The notes under the pieces were generated by a model that saw only the letters and a program-made list of their open reading frames with translations, did no database searches and was not told the origin of the DNA. Below are positions 17,412-27,154 of a stretch of 64,000 nucleotides of DNA, piece after piece. The stretch comes from Bacteroidota bacterium. Its GTDB lineage: Bacteria; Chloroflexota; Anaerolineae; Aggregatilineales; Phototrophicaceae. Where the stretch lies: the NCBI GenBank assembly GCA_027492915.1, contig JAPUDW010000239.1:112-64111 (forward strand). The letters run 5' to 3'. Numbering within the stretch: position 1 is the first letter of the stretch; every line of letters begins with the position of its first letter. A program made the translations under genes and the position numbers.

Positions 17412-19097
17412 TTATTGAGGTTGGGCTTCCAGCACCCACAACCGCCTATCCGCCGCGTTCTGGAACAGGATGCGTGAGCCATCCGGCGAGACTGACCAAT
17501 CGCCGTTCGCGATGGTGAAGTTGGTGGTGGCGGGGTCGGTCAACTGGCGATCCTCGCCGGTCGTCAGGTCGTAGTAGTGCATCGACTGCACACCCGTCAC
17601 CGGATCAAACGGAATGTAGTACAAACTCTGGGCATCACGCCAGCGCCAGCCGCCGAACCACGCCATCTTTTGCGGTACCGCGCCGGTCTGCGTTTCGAGC
17701 AGGTAGATGCCGTTCACGTTCGGGTCAGCTTGGAATGTCTGGTAGAACAGGATGCGTTCGCCACCGGGGGCAACACTCACCCCGCGAATGCGATCCCACG
17801 AGCCGAGAGTGAAGGTCGAGCCATCGTTGACGTTCAGCACATCAAGCGTGGTCACGGTGCGGTCGCTGGTGGAGATGAGCAGCCGAGCGCCATCCAACCA
17901 CGTCGCGGAAATATCCGGCCTCGCCAAGACGGCGCGGGCGTTCGTGCCATCAACATTGCTCACCCAAATTTCGACCTGCGGCGGGGTTGCGCCGGGGATG
18001 GCCTGCCCGTACTGCACTTCCCACAGCAGATGGCTGTTATCAGGGCTGACGGCGGGTGGGAAGCCGCTAGTCTGCACAGGGAAATCAACCTCATCCGCCA
18101 AGCGGCGCACGGTGACGGTGCCACCCCCACGGATGACACGATAAGTGCCATCGGGTGAGAGCTGGCGCGGCGGCACATTCTCGATCACGCCGGTCATGGC
18201 TTTCGCCGTCACATCCCACTCGAAAATCGCTGCCAACTGCCCCGGTGAACCGTCGATGACATAGGCGAGGTTAGAGTTCGTCGGGTTCCACCAGTGAACG
18301 GCGCAGCAGCCATCCATCGTTAGCGGCTGCATCCCCCATGTGCCTTCGGGCAGCGTGGTATAGGGGCGCATGGGTGGGGTGTTCTGGGGCGGCGTGTCCT
18401 CGTTCTTGGGCGGCCAGCTTTCGGCGTAGGCGTTCAGGCGTGCGCCACCGAAGGCGGTCGGCGGTTGGTCGTACAGGCTCATCCACTGGCGCGGGTTATA
18501 GAAATCCTGCTCGAACAAGCTGCGGCTGTACGAGCCGATGCTCACCAGCGCATCCCACGGTGCTTCGATGTAGTCGATGGGGTTGTAGGCGATCTGGTAA
18601 TCCAACGAGCGTACTTCAAGGTGCAGGTGAGGGCGCGAGTCGCAGGTCACGTCGGGGTCACCGGAGTAGCCGACCACATCCCCCTGCCGCACCGTCTGGT
18701 ACTGCTGCACGGTTGGGCGTTCCAGCAAGTGACCGTAAAGCACGGTTACACCCGCTTGCGAGTGGCGCATGATCAGGTTATGCGGGCCGGAGCCGAAAGT
18801 CAGGTTGTCGGTGTAAATCACCTCGCCGTCAGCCATCGCGATAACGGGGGTGTTGCAGGGCATGGTGATGTCGATGCCGAAGTGCAAGCCTTGACCAGCG
18901 GCGTACCATGCCGTGCCGTAGTTAAACGCGCCGGTGGTGTTGCCGTAAGCTTGCCCCATCAGCCATGTGGACGCACTGGCGGGTTGAGCCAGCGGCATGA
19001 TGAAGGGTTTCGTCGTGGTAGCGTCCTGCGCGGCGGCAGGTGCAATATTCATAAGTAGGAGCACAGCGCCGAAGGCGAGCCAGCGAAAAGCAACCAT
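17412..19097 (-). CDS. Secreted M23 peptidase fused to a TolB/PD40-like beta-propeller
   Basis: Signal peptide; HFGID, YGHL, PHLHLEVR; repeated SPDG motifs. Confidence 0.85.
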   Translation of the reverse strand: MVAFRWLAFGAVLLLMNIAPAAAQDATTTKPFIMPLAQPASASTWLMGQAYGNTTGAFNYGTAWYAAGQGLHFGIDITMPCNTPVIAMADGEVIYTDNLTFGSGPHNLIMRHSQAGVTVLYGHLLERPTVQQYQTVRQGDVVGYSGDPDVTCDSRPHLHLEVRSLDYQIAYNPIDYIEAPWDALVSIGSYSRSLFEQDFYNPRQWMSLYDQPPTAFGGARLNAYAESWPPKNEDTPPQNTPPMRPYTTLPEGTWGMQPLTMDGCCAVHWWNPTNSNLAYVIDGSPGQLAAIFEWDVTAKAMTGVIENVPPRQLSPDGTYRVIRGGGTVTVRRLADEVDFPVQTSGFPPAVSPDNSHLLWEVQYGQAIPGATPPQVEIWVSNVDGTNARAVLARPDISATWLDGARLLISTSDRTVTTLDVLNVNDGSTFTLGSWDRIRGVSVAPGGERILFYQTFQADPNVNGIYLLETQTGAVPQKMAWFGGWRWRDAQSLYYIPFDPVTGVQSMHYYDLTTGEDRQLTDPATTNFTIANGDWSVSPDGSRILFQNAADRRLWVLEAQPQ

Positions 19098-19446
19098 AGT
19101 TCAACCTCAAATCAAACAGTTTTGCACCCAGTATAGCGGTGGATAGGGCGCGGTTTGTAAATTGCTCATGAGGTTTTAACCCCACCCCAAAGCATTAGGG
19201 AGGGGAAAAAAGGCTTTACCGTAGAGAGGCGGAGGCAAGAATACGGAGAGATTTAACCGCCAAGACGCCAAGTACGCCAAGATCAAGGCAGAGGGAGGGG
19301 AATTAACCACAGCCCTAAAGGAGGCTTTGCACAGGCACAGAGAGCGCGGAGAAACCCCACCCCTAGCCCCTCCCTGATACTTCGGGGAGGGGAACAAGAT
19401 AAGGATTGCCGACAGCAAAACCCTACAAAGGTGAGATGTGGTGTGT

Positions 19447-22400
19447 TTACCCACCGACCTTGCCGAAGTTTTTACCGACGAGGACGAGATCGACAAGATT
19501 GATGGTGCCATCGCCGTTGAGGTCAGCCAGCGTGGGCGCGGGAGGCGCTTGCACACGGTAATTCGCGCCGATGAAACCCGCGTCGGCAAGGTCAACCGTG
19601 CCGCTGCCGTCGATGTCACCCGCCAGCAGCGTAACCTGTGTGGTCGCGCCGATACCCGCCTCGACGGTGACGATTGTGCCGGTGAACAGATGCCCCGCCG
19701 CCGAGAATCGCAGGTAGTACACACCCGCTGGCACCGCGCCGAACTGGAACGACCCATCAGCCGCCGTTTGCACCTCGGCATAGGTCGCGCCATTCGCGTC
19801 CCCGATCTGTACCGTAATGGTGATACCGGACTGATCGCCGCGTTTCTCATACGCTGCTTTGCCACTGATCGCCCCCGCTACGGGCGTTAACGTGGGCAGC
19901 GGGGTTGCTGTCAGCGTGGGTAGCTGTGTCGCGCTGGGGAGTGCCAGCGTTGCGGTTGGTGGGACGGTGGTTGGGACTTCCGTTACCACCGTCTGCTCAA
20001 GTGCTAAAAAAGAACTGTTGATCACCGCTACTGGCAGCAGATTACCGTCTGCATCCACCCCTAAGATCGTGCAGTTGACGGGCGTTTGACCCGCGCCCAC
20101 GACCGTGAACCGTAGCGAGAAGGCGGTACCCGCGCCGCTGAAAGCCGGAGCCGGATTGAGCAAGCTGGACGCGACTGACCATTTACCGTCGGGTTGGTAG
20201 CCGCTGTCCACGATGAAGCTGTTGGCGCTGGTGAACACGTCACCGACGATCACGCCACCGCCCGTCAGCACCGCTGGATTCACCTGACATTCGGCCTGCA
20301 AGCCATACAAACCGCTGACCCCGCTCAACTTGAGCGCGGCATTGACCGTTGAGCCAATCGCGCCGTTGGCGGGGCTGACCTCCACTGTCACCGTTGGCCC
20401 ATTGGGTGTCGGGCTGGGGGTGGGCGGCAGCGGTGTAACCGTCGCTGGCACAACCGTTACGGTCGGCGTATAGGTGGGCGGCAGTGTGGCGGTTGCCGTA
20501 GCCGTTGGCACCGCTACCGTAGCGGTCGCTGGCAAGGTTGCTGTCGGTGTAGTTGTCGGCGCAGTCGTTTGCTTCCACACTCGCACATAGTCGATGTCGA
20601 AGTAGGCGGGGAACACGGTGGTTGTGTCCGGCGCACCCGGCCAGTTGCCGCCGACCGCGAGGTTCAGCAGCAGGTACATGGCTTTATCCGGCACATTGGT
20701 GCTGTTGACGCGGAACATCTCTACACCATCGACATACCATATGACCAAGCCCGGCTTCCAATCGACGGCGAAAGTGTGGAAGTCCGCCGAGAAATCCGGC
20801 CCGGTGAACACTTTACCGTTGCTGTTGTTGGTCGCGCCCCAGTGCATCGTCAGGTAGGCGATATTCGGCTGATGACCGAGAATTTCCATGATGTCGATTT
20901 CTGGCGGCCACGTTCTGTCCTGTGGCAGCGTCCAGAAGGCCGGCCACAACCCCTTGCCCTTCGGTATGCGGAACCGCGCTTCGGCATAGCCATAGGTGAA
21001 GCTGAACTTATCATGCGACGACACCATGCCGGAGGTGTACTGGTAGCCGTTCATGATGCGCTTCTGGGCGCGCAGCCGCAGCAAACCGTTTTGTACGGAT
21101 ACCTCGTCCGGTTGGTACCACTGCATTTCCGCGCCGCCAGTATTGGTACAGCCAGTACGCCCCTGCGCGGTAGCCGAGGCATAGCAAGTGTGCCATTTGG
21201 TGGTATCCAGCGCCGCGCCGTTAAACTCGTCGTTAAAGACCATCGTCCAGCCGGTACTCGGTGGGCCGGAAATGGGCGTGCCGATTGGTTGGGCAGCGGT
21301 CGCGGTCGGCACGATGGGGGTCGCGGTTGGCGGCAGTGTCGCGGTCGGTACGACACCGCCGGTTGGAATGACGAGCAGGGTGATCGACTGTGCGCCGTAG
21401 GTGGTGGTGATGCTGCCAGCGGTCACGGGCAAATCCGCGCCGCGCACGATCTGGTTGAGGTTGGCCGCGCTGTAGGTGTAGACCTGTGCCGCCGCGCCGC
21501 TGAAGTTGGCGAGGTTCAGGCTGCTGGTTTGGCCGTTGGCGGTCTTGTTAATGACCATGACGGTTAGCGCACCATCCGAACGCAGCGCCGCGTAAACCGC
21601 CAGCTTGCCCTGATCGGCACTGGTGGCCTGTACGCTGGTTTCGCCGAACATGCCACCCTGCCCGTTGTAGTTGCGGTACATGCGGAAGGCGTAAGCAGCG
21701 GGCTGCGCGGCGGTCGGCGGGTCCCACATCGTCGCCAAGTCCAACCCTTCGCGCCCGAAGATGCCCAGCACATCGGCCTGCGTCAGCGCACCGTTGATGT
21801 GTTCCAAGCCGCCGAAGTTGTATTCGGTCATCGCGAGTTTGGTGCCGGGGTAGTAGGTATTCACCCAGTCGCGCATACGGGGGATCATGCGGATTTTGTC
21901 GTTGATCCAGCTTTCGTCGGTGTAAGTTGCGTCCCACAGCGAACGGGTTGAACGCAGCCGTAAATCTTGCACGGTTTGCCCACCCGCGCCGGTTAGTGCC
22001 ACGCCGCCCGCCTGCGGATAATAGTGCAGGTCAAGGTAGTCGAGGATGCGGACACCGTTGGCCTGTTCGTACTTCTTCATCTGGTCGAGGTACCATGCCG
22101 TCAGTTCCATGCCACCGTGGGCGTTGCGGTCAACCGGATTGTTCCACCACGAACCGCCCGCCGCCGCGTCCAGCGCCGAGTAGAAGTAACCCGTCCAACC
22201 CCACTCGACAGGGCCGAGCGTTTGGGCGGCAGGGTCAGCCGCTTTGATCGCCGCGCCGTACTGGTAGGTGCGGTCGCGCAGTTCATCGTAGCTCAGCGGC
22301 GCGGGATGCACATCGCGGTGGGTCGAGTTCCAGAGCATCGGCTCATTGTCGAGGTTATAGAAGCGCACACCGCCGGAACCCGCCGCGCCGAAGCGCCCTT

Positions 22401-23457
22401 TGAGGTGCTGTATCCACTCGCCCACGAAGGCCGGTGTAATCGCGAGGCTGGTATCGGTCGGGTTGTTGCCGGTAACAAAGCTGCCATCCGGCTTCACACC
22501 GTTGCCGCAGTCGGGGCGGTAGGGGTCGGTTCCCTGCTGTGCGCCGTACTTCGCCACGCTGAAGCCGCAGGCATAAGCACGGCTCTTGGGTGTCCAACCG
22601 ATGAGGGGCAGCGTCATGATGGTGTCGGTGCCGCGCCCTTTGTTGGCGTTCACGAAATTATCCGCGCCGGAACCGTTGGGCAGAGCCGCTGGATTCGCGT
22701 TGTCGTCGGGGATATTTTCGAAGTACCAGTCGGAGGCGGTGCTGTGGGTGTCGAGCTTGAAGTTATAACGGGTAGTCGAGTTGCCGCCCCAGCGGTTGAC
22801 CGGCAGTTTGATGTCTGCCGCCAGTGCCGCATCCGCGAAATTTAAGCCGTAAATGTAAGGGCTGATCGCGCGTTTGGCGGCGTTCGCGTCCACCGACAGG
22901 CTCAAGCCAGTTTGTGTGGGCGCGGGTGTTGTGCCGAGCGTCAGCAGTTGGATGTCGTCGAGATAGAACGTCGGTTGGACGTTCCCCGTGTTTTCCTGCC
23001 AGACGATACCCCACAGGTTGCTGCTCGCCCCGAACACCGCTAAAGGTATATCGACCTGCGTCCATGTGTTGGCAGTGGCTTGAATCACCCTGCCTTCAAC
23101 CGCGTTGCTGTTCACGTCATAGAAGGACACTTTGATCGTCGGGTTGCCCGTGCCGCCGTTGACCCAAAAGCGCAGCGTGTCGTAACCGGCTGCGACCGCG
23201 GGGTTCGAGCGCAGGTATATGCCTGCCCACGGCGCGGTATAGGTGGCGGCTAGCGAACGGCTGCCACTTTTTACCGGCGTGGTGGCGCTGACGTTGAGCG
23301 TGGTATTCCATGACCAATTCGCCCAGCCGGAAAGCAAAGCATCGCCGTAAATCGTGATGGGCGCGGCGGCTTGCACCACCAGCGATGAAACCTGTAACGC
23401 CATGACGAGCGAGACACATATGATAAAGATGAAACCGATAAACCGTTTTCTATGCAT
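19447..23457 (-). CDS. Secreted multimodular glycoside hydrolase: CBM-like, GH44, GH16, cohesin, Cna-B-like, dockerin
   Basis: ISPYIYG.N, RWGGN..TRYN, LDNEP.LW..THRDVHP, TEYNFGG (GH44); WPPEIDIME (GH16); cohesin GLYGLQ; duplicated DxDGxGxVD/DLNGDGxIN dockerin. Confidence 0.9.
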   Translation of the reverse strand: MHRKRFIGFIFIICVSLVMALQVSSLVVQAAAPITIYGDALLSGWANWSWNTTLNVSATTPVKSGSRSLAATYTAPWAGIYLRSNPAVAAGYDTLRFWVNGGTGNPTIKVSFYDVNSNAVEGRVIQATANTWTQVDIPLAVFGASSNLWGIVWQENTGNVQPTFYLDDIQLLTLGTTPAPTQTGLSLSVDANAAKRAISPYIYGLNFADAALAADIKLPVNRWGGNSTTRYNFKLDTHSTASDWYFENIPDDNANPAALPNGSGADNFVNANKGRGTDTIMTLPLIGWTPKSRAYACGFSVAKYGAQQGTDPYRPDCGNGVKPDGSFVTGNNPTDTSLAITPAFVGEWIQHLKGRFGAAGSGGVRFYNLDNEPMLWNSTHRDVHPAPLSYDELRDRTYQYGAAIKAADPAAQTLGPVEWGWTGYFYSALDAAAGGSWWNNPVDRNAHGGMELTAWYLDQMKKYEQANGVRILDYLDLHYYPQAGGVALTGAGGQTVQDLRLRSTRSLWDATYTDESWINDKIRMIPRMRDWVNTYYPGTKLAMTEYNFGGLEHINGALTQADVLGIFGREGLDLATMWDPPTAAQPAAYAFRMYRNYNGQGGMFGETSVQATSADQGKLAVYAALRSDGALTVMVINKTANGQTSSLNLANFSGAAAQVYTYSAANLNQIVRGADLPVTAGSITTTYGAQSITLLVIPTGGVVPTATLPPTATPIVPTATAAQPIGTPISGPPSTGWTMVFNDEFNGAALDTTKWHTCYASATAQGRTGCTNTGGAEMQWYQPDEVSVQNGLLRLRAQKRIMNGYQYTSGMVSSHDKFSFTYGYAEARFRIPKGKGLWPAFWTLPQDRTWPPEIDIMEILGHQPNIAYLTMHWGATNNSNGKVFTGPDFSADFHTFAVDWKPGLVIWYVDGVEMFRVNSTNVPDKAMYLLLNLAVGGNWPGAPDTTTVFPAYFDIDYVRVWKQTTAPTTTPTATLPATATVAVPTATATATLPPTYTPTVTVVPATVTPLPPTPSPTPNGPTVTVEVSPANGAIGSTVNAALKLSGVSGLYGLQAECQVNPAVLTGGGVIVGDVFTSANSFIVDSGYQPDGKWSVASSLLNPAPAFSGAGTAFSLRFTVVGAGQTPVNCTILGVDADGNLLPVAVINSSFLALEQTVVTEVPTTVPPTATLALPSATQLPTLTATPLPTLTPVAGAISGKAAYEKRGDQSGITITVQIGDANGATYAEVQTAADGSFQFGAVPAGVYYLRFSAAGHLFTGTIVTVEAGIGATTQVTLLAGDIDGSGTVDLADAGFIGANYRVQAPPAPTLADLNGDGTINLVDLVLVGKNFGKVGG

Positions 23458-23564
23458 AACGACCCCTTGAATGGTGGGAGAAACAAATACCTCACCCCTA
23501 ACCCCTCTCCAATGCTTTAGAGAGGGGAAAAAGACAAGGAGTGTGTGTTCGATTAGCTCTTGAT

Positions 23565-25553
23565 TTACTGTGTGATTAGATTGCCGGTGTTGACCACTTC
23601 GAAATTGCTACCGGCGACACCTTTGAGTTGGTTCAGGTCATCATCATTCCAACGGCTGTCGGTCGCGCCGCTGATGAACCAGCTAGAGCCGTTGTCGGCG
23701 ACGATCATGCCATAGTCCTTGAGCGCCTGTAGGATGATGCGTGACGCGCCGGTGTAACCGCTGATGTTGAAGCTGGCCTTCAAACGCAGCCGCAACCCCA
23801 TCGGCGGTAGGTTAGCGTTGGTGCTGGATGACGCGAAGTGCGTGGCTGGCAGGATGTACGCCCGCTGAGAATTTTGCACGGTGAAGCGTAGTGCATGTTT
23901 GATGACCCCCGCCTGAATTTCGTCGTAGCGCACGAGGCCGGGGAAAACCGGTAGACCCGCCGCGTCGGCACTCGTCCAACCCAGCGTCCGCAGTGCGTTC
24001 GAGCGGAAGTCGAACACCGCACCGGAGTCCGCATTCCAGCCCGCTCCGTTATACTGCGAGTTGAACATCTCGTACAGCTTGCAGTTGTCGACATCCACCG
24101 CTAAAACGTGGCGGTCACCACCGGCTTCCACGGGGGCGTTCGGCGGGATCGGATACGGGCCGGGGTCACTTTCGTCGCCGTAAGCGGTGAATGTGATCGG
24201 CACTTTGGGCTGCGACCCATTCACCAATACATACGGGATGCCGTATTCAGGGTTCGAGCCGAAGTCGGGGTGCAGGTTCGTGCGGCTGGAATTGATGCTG
24301 GCGATATAGTTAGCCGAGTTCGGGTGCAGGGGCAAACTCGTGACCAGTTGGTTCCACGGGTTGTCGGCAGGGAATACCGGACAGTTGCCGATAGTCGGGC
24401 CGGTGCTGGCGACCTGCTGGTTAATCGTCTGCGGAAGTTTGCCGAAGTTCTTACCGACCAGCACAAGGTCGATCAGGTTAATCACGCCGTCCGCGTTGAA
24501 GTCCGCGCTGGCAGGTGCGGGTGGCACGGGTGCTTTGTAATTCGCGCCGATCATTCCCGCGTCCGCTAGGTCAACCACGCCGTTGCTATCGGCGTTACCC
24601 GCCAACAGCGTGACCGTGTTGAGGGTGATGCCGCCCGCGCCGACCGTGAAGCTGTAAACCGCGCCGAGGTGACCGGCTGCCGAGATGGTTACGGCATAAC
24701 CGCCCGCCGCGACGTTCGGGAATTGGAAGGCACCGTTGGCGGCTGTGGTTTGTTCACTGAGTATGGTTCCGGTTGAACCGCCCAGCAGCAGCTTAACCAC
24801 GATGCCCGATTGGTTGGCGCGTTTTTCGTAATTGACCACACCGCCGACCGTTCCCGTCACGGGTGTGGCAGTCGGTGGGACAGGCGTATTCGTTGGCGTA
24901 GTGGTGGGGGTCGGTGTATTGGTCGCCGTTGGTGTGGGCGTGGGTGTCTTGGTGGCGGTCGGCGGCACGGTCGTTGCTGTGGGTGTAGCCGTCGGGGTAA
25001 GTGGTATGGAGGTCGGCGTTGGGATGATGCCGGTCGTGCTGCCGTTGGTGACGGTGAGCGTCATCGGATTGCCGCTGGCATCCACTGCCTGCGCCACGCA
25101 GTTCACGCCGGAGTTCCCCGCGCCGATCACTTTATAGGTCAGTGTGAAGGCCACCGCGCTGCCCGTAAAGGCTGGAGCCGGATTGAGCAAGCTGCCCGTG
25201 ACCGACCATGTGCCGCTGGTCTGGTAACCGCTGTCGAGGATGAAGCTGTTCGCGGGTGTAAAGACCGTGCCATCAGTGCGGGTTTGCCCTTGCAGCACGG
25301 CTGCGTTCACGGTGCAATCCACCTGCAAACCATAAAGGTTGGTGACGTTGTTCAGTCGCAGCGCCGCGGTGACGTTCCCGCCAAACAACTGCGTCGGCGG
25401 GGTGACCTGCACGACCAGCGCCGCGCCGCTGCCGCCCTGCTGCACGTCAACAATGCCGCTGTTGGCTTCAACGGCTTTCGGTAAGTTCAGCCCGATACCA
25501 AGCAAAAGCGTGATAAATCCAAACAGTCCAAATGATAAATAACGCCGCATCAT
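23565..25553 (-). CDS. Secreted cohesin, Cna-B-like, dockerin protein with an uncharacterised C-terminal domain
   Basis: Signal peptide, cohesin NLYGLQV, PT linker, dockerin NADSNGVVDLAD...DFNADGVINLIDL, C-terminal domain CPVFPADNPWN...SADAAGLP...HALRFT. Confidence 0.85.
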   Translation of the reverse strand: MMRRYLSFGLFGFITLLLGIGLNLPKAVEANSGIVDVQQGGSGAALVVQVTPPTQLFGGNVTAALRLNNVTNLYGLQVDCTVNAAVLQGQTRTDGTVFTPANSFILDSGYQTSGTWSVTGSLLNPAPAFTGSAVAFTLTYKVIGAGNSGVNCVAQAVDASGNPMTLTVTNGSTTGIIPTPTSIPLTPTATPTATTVPPTATKTPTPTPTATNTPTPTTTPTNTPVPPTATPVTGTVGGVVNYEKRANQSGIVVKLLLGGSTGTILSEQTTAANGAFQFPNVAAGGYAVTISAAGHLGAVYSFTVGAGGITLNTVTLLAGNADSNGVVDLADAGMIGANYKAPVPPAPASADFNADGVINLIDLVLVGKNFGKLPQTINQQVASTGPTIGNCPVFPADNPWNQLVTSLPLHPNSANYIASINSSRTNLHPDFGSNPEYGIPYVLVNGSQPKVPITFTAYGDESDPGPYPIPPNAPVEAGGDRHVLAVDVDNCKLYEMFNSQYNGAGWNADSGAVFDFRSNALRTLGWTSADAAGLPVFPGLVRYDEIQAGVIKHALRFTVQNSQRAYILPATHFASSSTNANLPPMGLRLRLKASFNISGYTGASRIILQALKDYGMIVADNGSSWFISGATDSRWNDDDLNQLKGVAGSNFEVVNTGNLITQ

Positions 25554-25743
25554 GACCCCCTGCACATATAAAGTGTAAAATTGCGTAAAGAAAGCAATTT
25601 TCTGTTAACACTTTAGCGTAGGGATACGGACGAAGATATAGTACACTGTTCCCTGTCAGGTTTGTTTGTGGTTAGAATGATTGCAATTTTCATGCCATTC
25701 AAAATCAGGGCGAAGGCTGTCTTTACCGAAAACCACTCACGAC

Positions 25744-25770
25744 TGCAACCTTTGTCACCACCTGTGCGTA
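25744..25770 (+). promoter_or_regulatory. ECF sigma (SigW-type) promoter TGCAAC-N17-CGTA, probably autoregulatory
   Basis: TGCAAC 25744-25749 and CGTA 25767-25770 upstream of the ECF gene. Confidence 0.65.
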
Positions 25771-25831
25771 TAGCCCTAACAGATACCACGCCCGGCATGT
25801 CGCGGTGTGGCAGACCATCGGGACGAGAAGC

Positions 25832-26425
25832 ATGTCTGATCCGACCACATTAGAATGGGTAAATGCGGCACTCGAAGGCAACCAGGACGCATTTGCCGAC
25901 ATTGTTTATGCCTATCAGGACGCGGTGTATAACCTGTGTTACCGGATGCTGGGCGAACGGAGCGAGGCCGAGGACGCGGCGCAGGAAGCTTTCCTACGCG
26001 CGTATTTGAACCTCACCCGCTATGACCCTGCGCGTTCGTTTAAGACATGGGTACTGAGCATTGCATCCAACTATTGTATTGACCGTTTGCGCCGCCGCCG
26101 TTTGCAGTGGATGTCGCTGGACGACGAACCGGTGGCTGACCGTTTGGCGCTGCACAGCGATGACCCCGAACCGGAACCGGCGACACTCAGCAAAGAGCAG
26201 AGTATCGCTATTCAAGGGCTGCTGAACGAGCTTAGCCCCGATTATCGGGCGGTGGTGGTGCTGCGCTATTGGTACGACTATTCCTATGCGGAGATTGCGG
26301 ACATTATGGATACGACTGAAAGTGCCGTAAAAAGCCGCCTTTTCCGCGCGAGGCAAGCACTCGCCGACAAACTGGGTTCAGACTCGGCTGCACGGCTGGG
26401 TGATCCCTTGATGGAGGGATTATAA
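25832..26425 (+). CDS. ECF RNA polymerase sigma factor
   Basis: EAEDAAQEAFLRAY, FKTWVLSIASNYCID, SYAEIA..M.TTESAVKSRLFRAR. Confidence 0.95.
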   Translation: MSDPTTLEWVNAALEGNQDAFADIVYAYQDAVYNLCYRMLGERSEAEDAAQEAFLRAYLNLTRYDPARSFKTWVLSIASNYCIDRLRRRRLQWMSLDDEPVADRLALHSDDPEPEPATLSKEQSIAIQGLLNELSPDYRAVVVLRYWYDYSYAEIADIMDTTESAVKSRLFRARQALADKLGSDSAARLGDPLMEGL

Positions 26426-26971
26426 ATGGCTGACGAACGACAAAGACAACTGATGCAGGAGGCGCTCGACCAAGCGCTCTCGCCGGAACTGCTCGAAAAA
26501 CTCCGGCAGCAGCTTGATGGTGACTCGCAGGGCAACCAGCAGTTCAACCGCTTGAAGAAGGTGGACGACATGCTCCGTGCCGCGCCGCACGAACGCGCAC
26601 CGGCACGGCTGGCGCTCGGCATTATGGCGAAGCTCGCGCAAACCATGAACCCGCGCCAACTCTCGACGGCTTCCAGCGGGGCAGTGGCGCTCGGCCTGGC
26701 GATGGTGGTGCTGGTCGCACTGCCGGTGCTCACGGTCGCCATCAGCTTATTCCTATCCGCTATCGGCAGCGCCGCCGCGTTGAACGCCATCTTACAGCAG
26801 ATCGCCAACCTGTTAGCGCTGGTGGTCGGCATGTTGGATGCGCTGGTGGAAGGCGCACAGTCTGTCCTACAGAATTACCCGCAAGCACCGCTGCTGATTA
26901 TTTCGGTGGTGCCGATCATGTTGTTCTGGCTGTTGAAATCGGTCGAGCAGGATAAAGGCGAGGGGAACTAA
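26426..26971 (+). CDS. Putative membrane anti-sigma factor
   Basis: Directly follows the sigma gene; N-terminal LMQEALD..LS.E....L..QL (degenerate ZAS-like), C-terminal TM helices. Confidence 0.7.
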   Translation: MADERQRQLMQEALDQALSPELLEKLRQQLDGDSQGNQQFNRLKKVDDMLRAAPHERAPARLALGIMAKLAQTMNPRQLSTASSGAVALGLAMVVLVALPVLTVAISLFLSAIGSAAALNAILQQIANLLALVVGMLDALVEGAQSVLQNYPQAPLLIISVVPIMLFWLLKSVEQDKGEGN

Positions 26972-26973
26972 CC

Positions 26974-27138
26974 ATGCAGCTCAATAACCGGACTTTGTCG
27001 CTGGTCGTCCTGCTGGCATTCATCCTACTGTTGATTATTAACCCCAATGGACTGACGTATACGCTGAATATTATTCAGTCGTTGGTCATCATCACACTCG
27101 GAATTGTCGCGACCATGTACCTGTGGAAGCGGATGTAA
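26974..27138 (+). CDS. Small two-TM membrane protein (54 aa), missing from the ORF track
   Basis: MQLNNRTLSLVVLLAFILLLIINPNGLTYTLNIIQSLVIITLGIVATMYLWKRM; starts 2 nt after the previous stop, with AGGGG SD. Confidence 0.75.
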   Translation: MQLNNRTLSLVVLLAFILLLIINPNGLTYTLNIIQSLVIITLGIVATMYLWKRM

Positions 27139-27154
27139 AGGTTCGTTATTTACT

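Noticed and set aside
20390-20570. Tandem-repeat-like DNA in the hydrolase genes (also ~24860-25020 and ~54890-55190)
   Set aside because: Explained by Pro/Thr-rich linker coding sequence.
20569-22845. Long plus-strand ORFs (332 aa, 273 aa) antisense to the GH44/GH16 gene, and similar shadow ORFs elsewhere
   Set aside because: Antisense shadows of GC-rich coding frames with no recognisable motifs.
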